Shown: positions 16,668 through 24,659 of the stretch, piece by piece
Layout: every line of letters begins with the position of its first letter
Position numbering within the stretch: position 1 is the stretch's first letter
Virus record (IMG/VR): IMGVR_UViG_3300025653_000248
Coordinates: 1 to 24,659 of that record
Source of the DNA: a virus
Lineage: Duplodnaviria > Caudoviricetes
Strand: one strand, 5' to 3'
Length of the DNA: 24,659 nt
Program-made: the position numbers and the translations under genes
The notes under the pieces: model-generated
What the model was told of the DNA's origin: nothing
Seen by the model: only the letters and a program-made list of their open reading frames with translations
The model's database searches: none

Positions 16668-19600
16668 TTAGTTGGACTCAAGTGCGGCTATACGAGCCTC
16701 AAGTGCTGTGATTGTTTCTTGCTGTTCTTGAATGGCTTTGATGCACAGCGACACCATATTACCATAAGCTAGTGCGTCTGGCTCACCATCATCGTTATAC
16801 TGCACAAATTCTGTCAGGCCAGCATCGTGGACTTCTTCAGCAATCAAGCCACCAAATACTGTGTCGCCATCATTATCATTGTTTCCCTTGTAAGTAACTG
16901 GACGCAACTCTAACAATTCAGTTAGACCGTGAGTGGCATCATTAATTGTGTTTTTGTAACGAAGGGATGACGTTGACCGAAGAACGTATCCATTGGATGC
17001 AACGTGAACATTTGCCGCTGATGCTGTAGTGTTATTATAAACACCTATACTTTGCATATAACCATTATTGTCCCAATATGCTCTAGGATTACCATCGCCA
17101 TCTGACAGCACGATGTAGTTGTTGGATGTGCGGATGTCTAGGCCGCCTTGATTGCCGGTGTAGCCGCCAATGATGGTGTTCTTAGAGCCAGTGGTTATAA
17201 ACCTTCCAGCGCCGCTGCCCAAAACAGTGTTGAAGGTTGGGGTTGTTGCAGACAGAAGCGCATCTTCACCGATTGCTGTATTGTTTGAACCTGTTGTAAT
17301 TGAGCCGCCAGCAGACTTACCAACAAATGTATTGTCAGAGCCAGTGGTTACAGCATCGCCTGAAAATGTGCCAACAACAGTGTTTTGTGTGCCAGTGGTA
17401 TTTAGCCCAAGCGCATTTGCACCAATGCCCACGTTATTACTAGCCGTTGTATTTGAGTCCAAAGCGGCTTGACCAATCGCTGTGTTTTGTATGCCAGTGG
17501 TGTTTGATAAAAGAGCCTGATAACCAATTGCTGTGTTGTTGGCTGCGGTGGTGTTTGCCTGTAATGCCTCAAAACCAATGGCAACATTGTTACCCGCTGT
17601 AGTATTAAGTTGTAATGCTCTTGTGCCAATGCCTATGTTATTATTTCCAGTAGTGTTGCTTCCTACAGCATCTTTACCCATTGCTTGGTTATTTGAGCCA
17701 GTAGTATTAGCATAAAGAGAATCACGACCAAAAGCGTTGTTTTGCGCTCCAATGGTGTTTGACCTCAAAGCGGAATACCCAGTGGCTGTGTTGCTTCCAC
17801 CCGTGGTGTTCAAAATAAGCGCAGAATAACCAACTGCGGTGTTGTAGGATGCGGTGGTATTCTCTTTTAGTGCATCACGCCCAACGGCAGTATTGAAACC
17901 GCCAGTAGTGTTTGTGCCAAGTGCTGTGCGACCTACAGCGGTATTCTCTGCACCAGTGGTGCTTGCGCCAAGTGCTGAATATCCCACCGCTGTGTTGTTA
18001 GATGCAGTGGTGCTTGCGGTAAGTGCATAAGCACCTAAAGCAGCATTGCCTGTGCCTGTAGTGTTTGCGGTAAGTGCCGCATAACCAACGGCTGTGTTGT
18101 TGCTTGCGGTGGTATTAGCATCAAGAGCCGACCCACCTATTGCTGTGTTTGCAAGGCCTGTAGTGTTTGCGTTAAGAGCATTATGACCAACGGCAGTGTT
18201 ATCATCTGCAACAGTTGCTGTTGCTAATGTATTCCGACCAATGGCGATGTTTCGTGTGCCATTGATGTTGTTATACAAAGCGTTACGACCTAAAGCAACA
18301 TTGTGATTTGCTGTTGTGTTGGAGTAAAGTGCGCCTCTTCCTAAAGCAACATTTTCTGCACCCGTGGTGTTTGAATACAAAGCCTGATGCCCCAGTGCGG
18401 TGTTCTCATCGGCAGTGGTGTTAGATAGCAAAGACTCACGCCCTACGGCAGTATTGTTTGTGCCTGTTGTGTTATTTTTAAGTGCTTCCTTACCAACAGC
18501 AACATTAGTTCCTGTGGTGTTGTTTTGCAGTGCATAAGTCCCTACGGCGGTGCTGTAGTTGCCAGTGGTATTAGCACCTAAAGCAGACAGACCAACAGCA
18601 ACGCTACCTGTGCCGCTAGTATTTGCACCCAATGACTGTGAACCAACGGCGGTATTACTTGCGCCAGTGCTGTTACTCAATGCGCTATAACCAACGGCAA
18701 CAATATTTGAATTACTTGTGTTAGCATCAAGAGCCAGCGCACCTATCGCTACATTCTGTGAGCCAGTGAGGTTTGCGCTAAGTGCGTTACGCCCCACAGC
18801 AGTGTTGTTAGATGCAGTGGTGTTACCTGCCATCGCAAGATACCCAACCGCAACATTATTTTCGCCTGTGGTATTTGCGCTAAGTGATGTGCGACCAACC
18901 GCAGTATTGAATGTGCCGCTAGTATTTGCGTCTAGTGAGTATGCACCAATAGCAGTGTTGCTTGACCCAGTGTTTACATATAGTGCTTGAAAGCCAACAG
19001 CAGTGTTAAGATTGCCTGTTTCATTAAAGCGTAAGGCCAATCTACCAAGACCAGTGTTTTGACCGCCTGTGGTGTTTGCATACAAAGTTGAAGCCCCCAC
19101 CCCCACATTTTCTGTGCCAGTGGTGTTTTCTGTTAACGCATTATATCCCACAGCAGTGTTGTTGGATGCGGTGGTGTTTGCGTAGAGTGCGTCATTTCCC
19201 ACCGCAACATTATTTGCACCAGTTGTATTGCTATACAACGAAATGTGACCTACAGCCGTATTGTTTGATGCAGTTGTTGTTTGGAAGCCAGAAGCCGCCC
19301 CTAAAAATGTATTATCAGCACCAGTTGTAACATCTGTTCCTGCCCTATCACCTACGGCAGTATTGTTGTTGCCTGTAGTAAGTGCGTTAAGAGATGCATT
19401 ACCTAACGCTGTGCTGTTAACAAGTGCGCCATCTGCATTTGCCATCGCAGTATCACCCATCGCCACATTGCGTGTGCCTGTCGGATAGTTACCGTCAAGC
19501 TTAATCGTGCCGCTGTCTACGCTGACGTTGCCAGCTACTGTGAGGCCGTCTGTGACTGCTGTGCCTGTTACGTCAATGCCGCTAGTGGTGGTGGCGAGTT

Positions 19601-20267
19601 TGGGTGAGTTGTCGTAATAAAGGTCAACTGCACCATCAGCATTTGCAATTAACATATTTTCGCCGTTAGTCTGCCCAAGAATTACTGACGGACCATTTGT
19701 TGTAATATAAATGCGGCCTGTTCCGCTTTCGGTAAAGTAACTATTGCTACCATCGTGATAAATCTGCAAGTCAGACCCAGCACCAAAGATGGCTTTGTCG
19801 TTGTCGCCAAAGGTCAGGTCAGTTGAAGACAACGCAACGACCCCTGTACCATTCGGTGCAAGGGTGATGTTACCGTTCGTGTCGGTGCTTGAGATGGTGT
19901 TGCCGTTGATGTTGATGTTGTCAACGTCTAGGTCACCTGTGATATCAACTGCGCCAACTGCCTGAACATCGTCGAGGTAAGCTGTTCCATCGAGATGCAA
20001 GTCTTTGAACTGAAGAGAGCCTGTGCCGATATCGAGGGTGTTCGTGGTCTTCGGTTTAACTTCGGTAGCACTTACAACAAGGTCTTGGACGGGGCCTACC
20101 ACCGTGATTGGTGCGCCTTCTGCCGACGTGCCATCGTGGGTGTGGCCTGTCGAAGAGTTGAACGCAGCTTCTACGGCATCGAACTCACCATCGAGGTCGG
20201 AGGCATTGATGATGTTGCCGTCGGCTATGTTGTTGGAAGTGTCGTTACGAGTGTATCCTGTACCCAT
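16668..20267 (-). CDS. Tail fibre / receptor-binding protein with beta-solenoid repeats and C-terminal intramolecular chaperone (peptidase S74)
   Basis: N-terminal anchor (GYTR...GHTHDG), 46 repeats of about 17 aa, then SSLRYKNTI...LRPVTY...GLIAEEV...YGNMVSLCIKAIQE plus terminal coiled coil. Confidence 0.92.
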   Translation of the reverse strand: MGTGYTRNDTSNNIADGNIINASDLDGEFDAVEAAFNSSTGHTHDGTSAEGAPITVVGPVQDLVVSATEVKPKTTNTLDIGTGSLQFKDLHLDGTAYLDDVQAVGAVDITGDLDVDNININGNTISSTDTNGNITLAPNGTGVVALSSTDLTFGDNDKAIFGAGSDLQIYHDGSNSYFTESGTGRIYITTNGPSVILGQTNGENMLIANADGAVDLYYDNSPKLATTTSGIDVTGTAVTDGLTVAGNVSVDSGTIKLDGNYPTGTRNVAMGDTAMANADGALVNSTALGNASLNALTTGNNNTAVGDRAGTDVTTGADNTFLGAASGFQTTTASNNTAVGHISLYSNTTGANNVAVGNDALYANTTASNNTAVGYNALTENTTGTENVGVGASTLYANTTGGQNTGLGRLALRFNETGNLNTAVGFQALYVNTGSSNTAIGAYSLDANTSGTFNTAVGRTSLSANTTGENNVAVGYLAMAGNTTASNNTAVGRNALSANLTGSQNVAIGALALDANTSNSNIVAVGYSALSNSTGASNTAVGSQSLGANTSGTGSVAVGLSALGANTTGNYSTAVGTYALQNNTTGTNVAVGKEALKNNTTGTNNTAVGRESLLSNTTADENTALGHQALYSNTTGAENVALGRGALYSNTTANHNVALGRNALYNNINGTRNIAIGRNTLATATVADDNTAVGHNALNANTTGLANTAIGGSALDANTTASNNTAVGYAALTANTTGTGNAALGAYALTASTTASNNTAVGYSALGASTTGAENTAVGRTALGTNTTGGFNTAVGRDALKENTTASYNTAVGYSALILNTTGGSNTATGYSALRSNTIGAQNNAFGRDSLYANTTGSNNQAMGKDAVGSNTTGNNNIGIGTRALQLNTTAGNNVAIGFEALQANTTAANNTAIGYQALLSNTTGIQNTAIGQAALDSNTTASNNVGIGANALGLNTTGTQNTVVGTFSGDAVTTGSDNTFVGKSAGGSITTGSNNTAIGEDALLSATTPTFNTVLGSGAGRFITTGSKNTIIGGYTGNQGGLDIRTSNNYIVLSDGDGNPRAYWDNNGYMQSIGVYNNTTASAANVHVASNGYVLRSTSSLRYKNTINDATHGLTELLELRPVTYKGNNDNDGDTVFGGLIAEEVHDAGLTEFVQYNDDGEPDALAYGNMVSLCIKAIQEQQETITALEARIAALESN
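17166..19469 (-). repeat. Tandem coding repeat, mostly 17 aa / 51 nt unit (NTTGxxNTAVGxxALxx), 46 copies by manual count
   Basis: Seen directly in the translation. DNA copies are degenerate; a few units are 16 aa. Confidence 0.9.
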
Positions 20268-20288
20268 AATAAAAGTCCTTTTTTTCGG

Positions 20289-22262
20289 TTAGCGTCGCCC
20301 GTAGGTTCCATATTCAAAGGTTAAAGCGTCGAGGGAGTAGGGTGGGTTCGTCGATTCCGAGCTGAAAACCAACGATACGACAAACCCCGAACCTATCAAT
20401 TGGCTATCAAAAAGCCGTTGGATTGTGCCACCATATTCCCCTGTTCCGTACTCTGCTTCCCCGTAGAAAGCGAGAGCATCCGCACCAGACGCATTGTTGA
20501 ATGTTATAGTCGCAGGTTGAATAACATCCGCTTCTTCAAAATCGTACTTCAAGGACACATTTGCTGTAAAACTGCCTTGTGGGTCCGTGTAAAGGAACAT
20601 CTTGTAGAATGTCTTGCGAAGGCGAGGGTCGTTTACGGGGATGAAAGGGGTTGCAAAACTCGCACTAATGTTTGCCCCATCAAAACTGTTACCCGACTCC
20701 ATCTGGTAGACGTACCCATCATCGTGTCCAAAAACTACCACTTCTGTAGAAGCATTGTAGTTACTGTCCGCAACATACGCTCGTATACCTCTCAACTCTG
20801 CCCATTGAATACCTTGCTCTGTTTGGGTTGCAAGAATTCCTCTGGCTGCGTCCGTAGTGATGTTTGCGTTGTATCCTAAGATACGGTATTGGCTTTTCTC
20901 TCTTATGACAACACTCGCGAAAGACGTGTTTTGGCTTATAAGTCTGTTCGTTTCGGTCTGTATAGGCTTAGAGATAACTCCGATAGAGAAATCTCCGAAC
21001 TTATCGGTTGTCGCAAGAGAACGTAATCCATCCGGCCCTAAGAATATAATGTCTCCGCCGACCTCTTGGATGGTATCTTCTTCGATACATCCCGTATCCA
21101 TCGTCACGGGCTGCAACTGAAAGTCGGCAATCGTACTGCCAACCAAGCGAGAAATACGTCTCTCACTAAATATTATAAGCTGTTCTCGAAAAATAATCAA
21201 GCCCGTAATTGCATTTCCGACATTTATTGTTCCTGCGCCGCTCGCTGCAGTGAAGTCGTTGTCGGTAAAAGGGGCCGTGAATGAAAGGTTCGAACCCTTT
21301 GAAAAGAACAGTTGGTTCTTAAAGTTTACAACGTGGTTCGCTCCGACAACATCGATAGGGGCATCATCGAGAACAGTGAAAGTTGTATCATTGTAGATAG
21401 CTGGAGCATTCGTTCCATCAACCATCACAATTTTTTCAGTACCGTCAAAGTTATAACGAGCAAACCGAAACTTGACTGTGCCATCCCTACTTGTCGAAAG
21501 AAACGTAATTGCAGCGTTGTCAGCAGGACTCGAATCTAAAGCAGGGTTGATAGAGAGGGTTGCTCCTCCGGAAGAAACGGTTGCGTCTACCGTAACTGTG
21601 TAGACCAAATCGACCCCAGCAATTTTGAATACGTCTCCAGCTTGGGGTGCTGCTGTCAAACCGTCTACAACAAGGCTCGTTCCCGTCTGACTACCTCCGT
21701 CTACAAGGACTGTGCCATAGTCGGGGACGTTGATGTGGGTAAAACCGCTTCCTGTCGTTTGAAATATCGAGTTGTTTCGAGAAACAATAACCGAATCTTC
21801 CCAACTTGCGATACCGTTTATTCTATAGTTCGAAGTGGTGCTGGTAAAGGTTACAGCAGCAGCATTTGTGGGGCTAGAGTCTAGGCTGGTTGTTAAGGTT
21901 AAGGTTGCTCGATTGTTCGTCGCATCGTAACTAACGCCGCTCGTGTCGATTGTGTACGTTCCGGAGACACCTGCGATGGTAAAAGTATCACCATCTTCAG
22001 GCTCTGTGTGTATATTCCCCAACACGAGAGATGTTCCGGTCTGCCCAGAGCCGTGAACTACGGGCGCACCGTAGGGAGGGACGAGGTTGTCATCATACTT
22101 ATCGAACCCCTCTATGCGCCGATACCCACCTTCAATAGACGGTTCAAAATTACGCAACACACGAGCCGAACCGGGTGCGTTAGCTCCGTGCTGCAAGGGA
22201 GATAGGTTGGTTATCAAACCGCCATTAAATTCGACGGCGTAGGTTTGCCAACGGTCGGGCAT
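20289..22262 (-). CDS. Tail nozzle / tail tubular protein B-like (P22 gp10 / T7 gp12 analogue), 657 aa
   Basis: N-terminal GGL-T...NFEPSIEGGYRRI, beta-propeller-like segments (ITGLIIFREQLIIF, GCIEEDTIQEVGGDIIFLGPDGLR), located between adaptor and fibre. Confidence 0.75.
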   Translation of the reverse strand: MPDRWQTYAVEFNGGLITNLSPLQHGANAPGSARVLRNFEPSIEGGYRRIEGFDKYDDNLVPPYGAPVVHGSGQTGTSLVLGNIHTEPEDGDTFTIAGVSGTYTIDTSGVSYDATNNRATLTLTTSLDSSPTNAAAVTFTSTTSNYRINGIASWEDSVIVSRNNSIFQTTGSGFTHINVPDYGTVLVDGGSQTGTSLVVDGLTAAPQAGDVFKIAGVDLVYTVTVDATVSSGGATLSINPALDSSPADNAAITFLSTSRDGTVKFRFARYNFDGTEKIVMVDGTNAPAIYNDTTFTVLDDAPIDVVGANHVVNFKNQLFFSKGSNLSFTAPFTDNDFTAASGAGTINVGNAITGLIIFREQLIIFSERRISRLVGSTIADFQLQPVTMDTGCIEEDTIQEVGGDIIFLGPDGLRSLATTDKFGDFSIGVISKPIQTETNRLISQNTSFASVVIREKSQYRILGYNANITTDAARGILATQTEQGIQWAELRGIRAYVADSNYNASTEVVVFGHDDGYVYQMESGNSFDGANISASFATPFIPVNDPRLRKTFYKMFLYTDPQGSFTANVSLKYDFEEADVIQPATITFNNASGADALAFYGEAEYGTGEYGGTIQRLFDSQLIGSGFVVSLVFSSESTNPPYSLDALTFEYGTYGRR

Positions 22263-22263
22263 G

Positions 22264-22944
22264 TTAGGTTGCTCTCATGTAGATGTTTTCGTTGACAAGC
22301 AAGGTTCGCATCTGCTTGATACCGTCGTCGAACTTCCGCTGGGATACGGATGCCATCTCTATATTATCGCGGAACATGTAAGCGTAGTACATAGCTCCGT
22401 CGACAATCACAAATCTAAAACGTTCAGGAACGCTCGGAACGTCACTATACAAGGACAAGTCAACAGGAAAGGTAAAGTATTCAAAGTCAACTTGATAGGC
22501 TTTGTCCGGCATCGGAACGATACCATATTCGTTGTTTTGGGTGCGAAACACGTATTCCGGAGCCGCTCCCTTAGTCGTGTCAGTTTCGTCCTCTTGGTCT
22601 ATATACCTGTCAACGTACTCGTCATAGCTCAACTGCTTAAGGCGAACTGCCCTGCCCAAATCGAGGGTGGTATCCCTGCGAACCCGAAAGGTATCGAAGT
22701 CAACATATTTGGCTTCTCCCGGAATAACATACCTCGTAATCCCAGCTTCGAGAGTCTGTTCTTGGGTGTTGTGATTGAAAGGCCACCCAAAATGTGCTTG
22801 ATTGATGTGGCGGATAGAGGAGTTGACAGCTTCCTTGATTGCAGAGTAAAATCCGGTGGCTGTAGCAAAGTTGCTTGATGTCAACTGGGTTTCGTTTAAG
22901 CGAACCGCAACGTCGTTCGATAATCCAAGAAAGTTGTATGCCAT
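22264..22944 (-). CDS. Head-tail adaptor / tail tubular protein A-like (226 aa)
   Basis: YNFLGLSNDVAVRLNE...AVNSSIRHIN...WPFNH...VPERFRFVIVDGA pattern, size and position upstream of the nozzle. Confidence 0.75.
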   Translation of the reverse strand: MAYNFLGLSNDVAVRLNETQLTSSNFATATGFYSAIKEAVNSSIRHINQAHFGWPFNHNTQEQTLEAGITRYVIPGEAKYVDFDTFRVRRDTTLDLGRAVRLKQLSYDEYVDRYIDQEDETDTTKGAAPEYVFRTQNNEYGIVPMPDKAYQVDFEYFTFPVDLSLYSDVPSVPERFRFVIVDGAMYYAYMFRDNIEMASVSQRKFDDGIKQMRTLLVNENIYMRAT

Positions 22945-22946
22945 GT

Positions 22947-23294
22947 CTATCTATCCCGAACTTTAAGTTTGATGGAGCGTTTGGCTGTGCTACCTGTGCT
23001 GTCGATAATTGTGCAGAAGAAGGTGTATTCCCGATTAACCACTCCACCGCCTATATTAATCGTAGCAACCGTGTTGGTATTGGTTTGACTTACATTCTGG
23101 ATGCTGTCAGTGGTTGCTGAAGCGGAAGCAGTTGTCAAGGTTTGGCCTGATGCCAGAGTTGTTTCTGTGTCGTACACGGAAGTTTTGACAGACCACGTTA
23201 CAGATGAGATTGTTGCCGACTCCAAGAAGCGAGACCAATCTACGCTGTAGTCGAGAGTTTCATCAGGGTCTTTAAAAGGCCAGCGAAAAGACAT
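22947..23294 (-). CDS. Small virion structural protein, putative fibre-tail adaptor (115 aa)
   Basis: KDPDETLDYSVDW motif and beta-rich sequence ending KRSIKLKVRDR. Family recalled, not searched. Confidence 0.65.
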   Translation of the reverse strand: MSFRWPFKDPDETLDYSVDWSRFLESATISSVTWSVKTSVYDTETTLASGQTLTTASASATTDSIQNVSQTNTNTVATINIGGGVVNREYTFFCTIIDSTGSTAKRSIKLKVRDR

Positions 23295-23300
23295 GTTATC

Positions 23301-23468
23301 TTACTCCACAAGTACGGTTCGTTCAGCAGAGGACGTTCCGCGATGTATTTCTACGTTTCTGTTTTCGAACGGAACTTCGACAGTTCGCGTCGAAACGGTT
23401 CCGATATCATCAATAAGCACCACTCTAAATTCCGATGTAACGTGGATGGTTCGGTCGAAGGTGGTCAT
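23301..23468 (-). CDS. 55-aa beta-repeat ORF, in frame with the upstream structural gene (not in ORF track)
   Basis: MTTFDRTIHVTSEFRVVLIDDIGTVSTRTVEVPFENRNVEIHRGTSSAERTVLVE. Fills the gap; repeats R-[TVN]-[VI]-x-[VI]. Confidence 0.8.
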   Translation of the reverse strand: MTTFDRTIHVTSEFRVVLIDDIGTVSTRTVEVPFENRNVEIHRGTSSAERTVLVE

Positions 23469-23471
23469 AGG

Positions 23472-24413
23472 TCAGGCTGCTCTTGGTATGAGGACGGTTC
23501 TACGAGGGCTATATTGTTCGCGAACTGCGTAGAAATCGAAGACGACGGCTGTGGTTGTAACGGTTCCGGCTGTTCCGGTAGATGCAGCACTACCTAATGC
23601 TTCGAGGACGTTTACCGTGAGACTGCCAACTACACCTGTAGCACTTACACTGTTTAATACTTCAGTAGGCTTTTCTTCAAGTGAATTGACAGTGCCTGTA
23701 GCTTGAACACCTGTCAGTGTTACTGTGTTGCTATGCTCAAGTGTTCCTATAGAACCTGTTGCACTTACACTGCCAAGTATTTCGGTAATATTAACTTGAA
23801 CAATGTTTACAGAGCCTGTAGCACTTACACTACCTAAAACCTCTGTTGGCTTCTCTTCTACGGTGTTTACAGCACCTGTGCCTTGAACACCTGTAAGTGT
23901 AACAGTATTGCTAATCGCTAGTGTGCCGATTGCACCTGTAGCACTAACGCTACCCAGTATCTCTGTTACATTTACCTGAACGCCGTTAGCTGTTGTTGTA
24001 GCAGATACACTATCCAGCCGTTCAGAAATGTCAACTTCAAAACCACCTGCAACTACATTTGCAATTGTGCCTGTTGCAGTTACTCCAGAAATACCAGCAG
24101 CAGTATTTATTTGTGGAGCAGTTACAAAACCTGTAGCACTTACGCTGTTAAGAACTTCTGTAGGTTTTTCTTCTACAGTATTTACTGCGCCTGTAGCTTG
24201 TACACCTGTAAGTGTAACTGTATTGCTTATAGCAACTGTACCAATACTACCTGTTGCACTTACGTTGTTCAGGATTTCTGTTATGTTTACCTGAACAGTA
24301 TTAACAGCACCAGTAGCGGTGGCTTGGTCAAGGTTGCTTACAATAACCTTGCCATACCTAGCTGTTCCGTAGACACCTACTCCGTAAACAGCAGCATTTA
24401 CGGTAACAGCCAT
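23472..24413 (-). CDS. Repeat-rich (V/T/G/S/A) structural protein, probable fibre or decoration protein (313 aa)
   Basis: AAGGA upstream. About 20-aa units ending VSATG/VQATG; C-terminus FDFYAVREQYSPRRTVLIPRAA. Confidence 0.75.
   Translation of the reverse strand: MAVTVNAAVYGVGVYGTARYGKVIVSNLDQATATGAVNTVQVNITEILNNVSATGSIGTVAISNTVTLTGVQATGAVNTVEEKPTEVLNSVSATGFVTAPQINTAAGISGVTATGTIANVVAGGFEVDISERLDSVSATTTANGVQVNVTEILGSVSATGAIGTLAISNTVTLTGVQGTGAVNTVEEKPTEVLGSVSATGSVNIVQVNITEILGSVSATGSIGTLEHSNTVTLTGVQATGTVNSLEEKPTEVLNSVSATGVVGSLTVNVLEALGSAASTGTAGTVTTTAVVFDFYAVREQYSPRRTVLIPRAA
23635..24310 (-). repeat. 60-aa / 180-nt higher-order repeat (3 copies) built from 20-aa units
   Basis: VQVNITEIL..VSATG.IGT...SNTVTLTGVQ.TG.VN..EEKPTEVL.SVSATG occurs three times. 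GCACTTACAC recurs at 23641, 23761 and 23821. Confidence 0.85.
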
Positions 24414-24422
24414 AATGTTTCC

Positions 24423-24659
24423 TTACGCGATACGAATTACAGCGTTGCTTGCATCAGCGGTAGGAAATTCAATTGTCAAGTCACCAGCAGTAGCACTTAC
24501 TGTGCCACCAAAATCAATGACAGCAATTGCCTTGTTCCCCTGCCCAGCGTTGTAAATAATACAACCATCAGCAGAAAGAGTAACATCAGCAAATACTTCA
24601 TCTGTAAAATCAACAATAGCGGTAGAACCATCAAGCGAAATAGTTGCGCCATCAAGTAC
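24423..24659 (-). CDS. 5'-truncated phage structural protein (not in ORF track)
   Basis: Open frame from the window end: VLDGATISLDGSTAIVDFTDEVFADVTLSADGCIIYN...AVIDFGGTVSATAGDLTIEFPTADASNAVIRIA*, a C-terminus recalled from many marine phage virion proteins. Confidence 0.8.
   Translation of the reverse strand, partial: VLDGATISLDGSTAIVDFTDEVFADVTLSADGCIIYNAGQGNKAIAVIDFGGTVSATAGDLTIEFPTADASNAVIRIA

Larger units (their letters stand above)
1..24659. mobile_element. Bacteriophage genome segment (podovirus-like, two convergent arms; HMO-2011-type/cobavirus-like by inference)
   Basis: Tightly packed, translationally coupled ORFs. Phage hallmark genes (endonuclease I, DUF3310, NrdJ, S74-chaperone tail fibre, tail tubular-like proteins). 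Replication genes lie on + and structural genes on -. No host housekeeping genes. Confidence 0.95.

Noticed and set aside
16652-16681. Longer start for the 88-aa ORF (also the longer starts at 2118, 2488 and 4992)
   Set aside because: Downstream ATGs have better SD spacing or stop/start coupling; the longer starts mostly overlap upstream genes without support.
17166-19469. Periodic 51-nt DNA pattern as a possible CRISPR array or DGR template
   Set aside because: Repeats are degenerate at synonymous positions and in frame within a CDS. No identical repeats with unique spacers, no adenine-specific TR/VR pair and no reverse transcriptase.
17170-19488. Several + strand ORFs with repetitive PVVF/PTAVLL sequence
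   Set aside because: Antisense mirror of the tail-fibre repeats; stop codons are depleted by the sense codon pattern.
20268-20288. AAAAGTCCTTTT short inverted repeat with T-run as a terminator
   Set aside because: Stem is nearly all A/T with a tiny loop; it is better explained as the AAGGA SD region of the tail-fibre gene on the - strand.
22261-22878. 205-aa ORF on the + strand
   Set aside because: Fully antisense to the well-supported adaptor gene, with no SD or recognisable motif; a shadow ORF.
23293-23597. Plus-strand ORFs of 79 and 84 aa
   Set aside because: Antisense to the 55-aa and 313-aa minus-strand ORFs, which fit the operon.

Overview
Gene-dense fragment of a marine, podovirus-like dsDNA phage genome. 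Gene order and protein motifs resemble HMO-2011-type / cobavirus-like phages of marine Alphaproteobacteria (inference from recalled families, not a database search). The + strand arm (1-5816) carries DNA-metabolism genes: a Cas4-like PD-(D/E)XK nuclease, T7 endonuclease I-like resolvase, DUF3310/gp1.7-like protein, B12-dependent class II ribonucleotide reductase, a further nuclease-like ORF and small hypotheticals. The - strand arm (5813-24659) carries morphogenesis genes: putative internal/ejection proteins, a 1199-aa repeat tail fibre with an S74 chaperone, tail nozzle and adaptor proteins, and repeat-rich structural proteins. The arms meet head-on with overlapping stop codons. I found four small CDSs missing from the ORF track: two Zn-ribbon microproteins, a Met/Lys/Gly-rich peptide and a 55-aa in-frame continuation of a structural gene. 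The most interesting signals are a candidate UGA read-through, a 124-nt dual-coding overlap containing a -1 slippery heptamer, total absence of GATC, and TCGA-free blocks marking probable module swaps inside structural genes. No CRISPR array, tRNA, integrase or reverse transcriptase was seen, and I cannot establish a wholly new multi-gene system from sequence alone.
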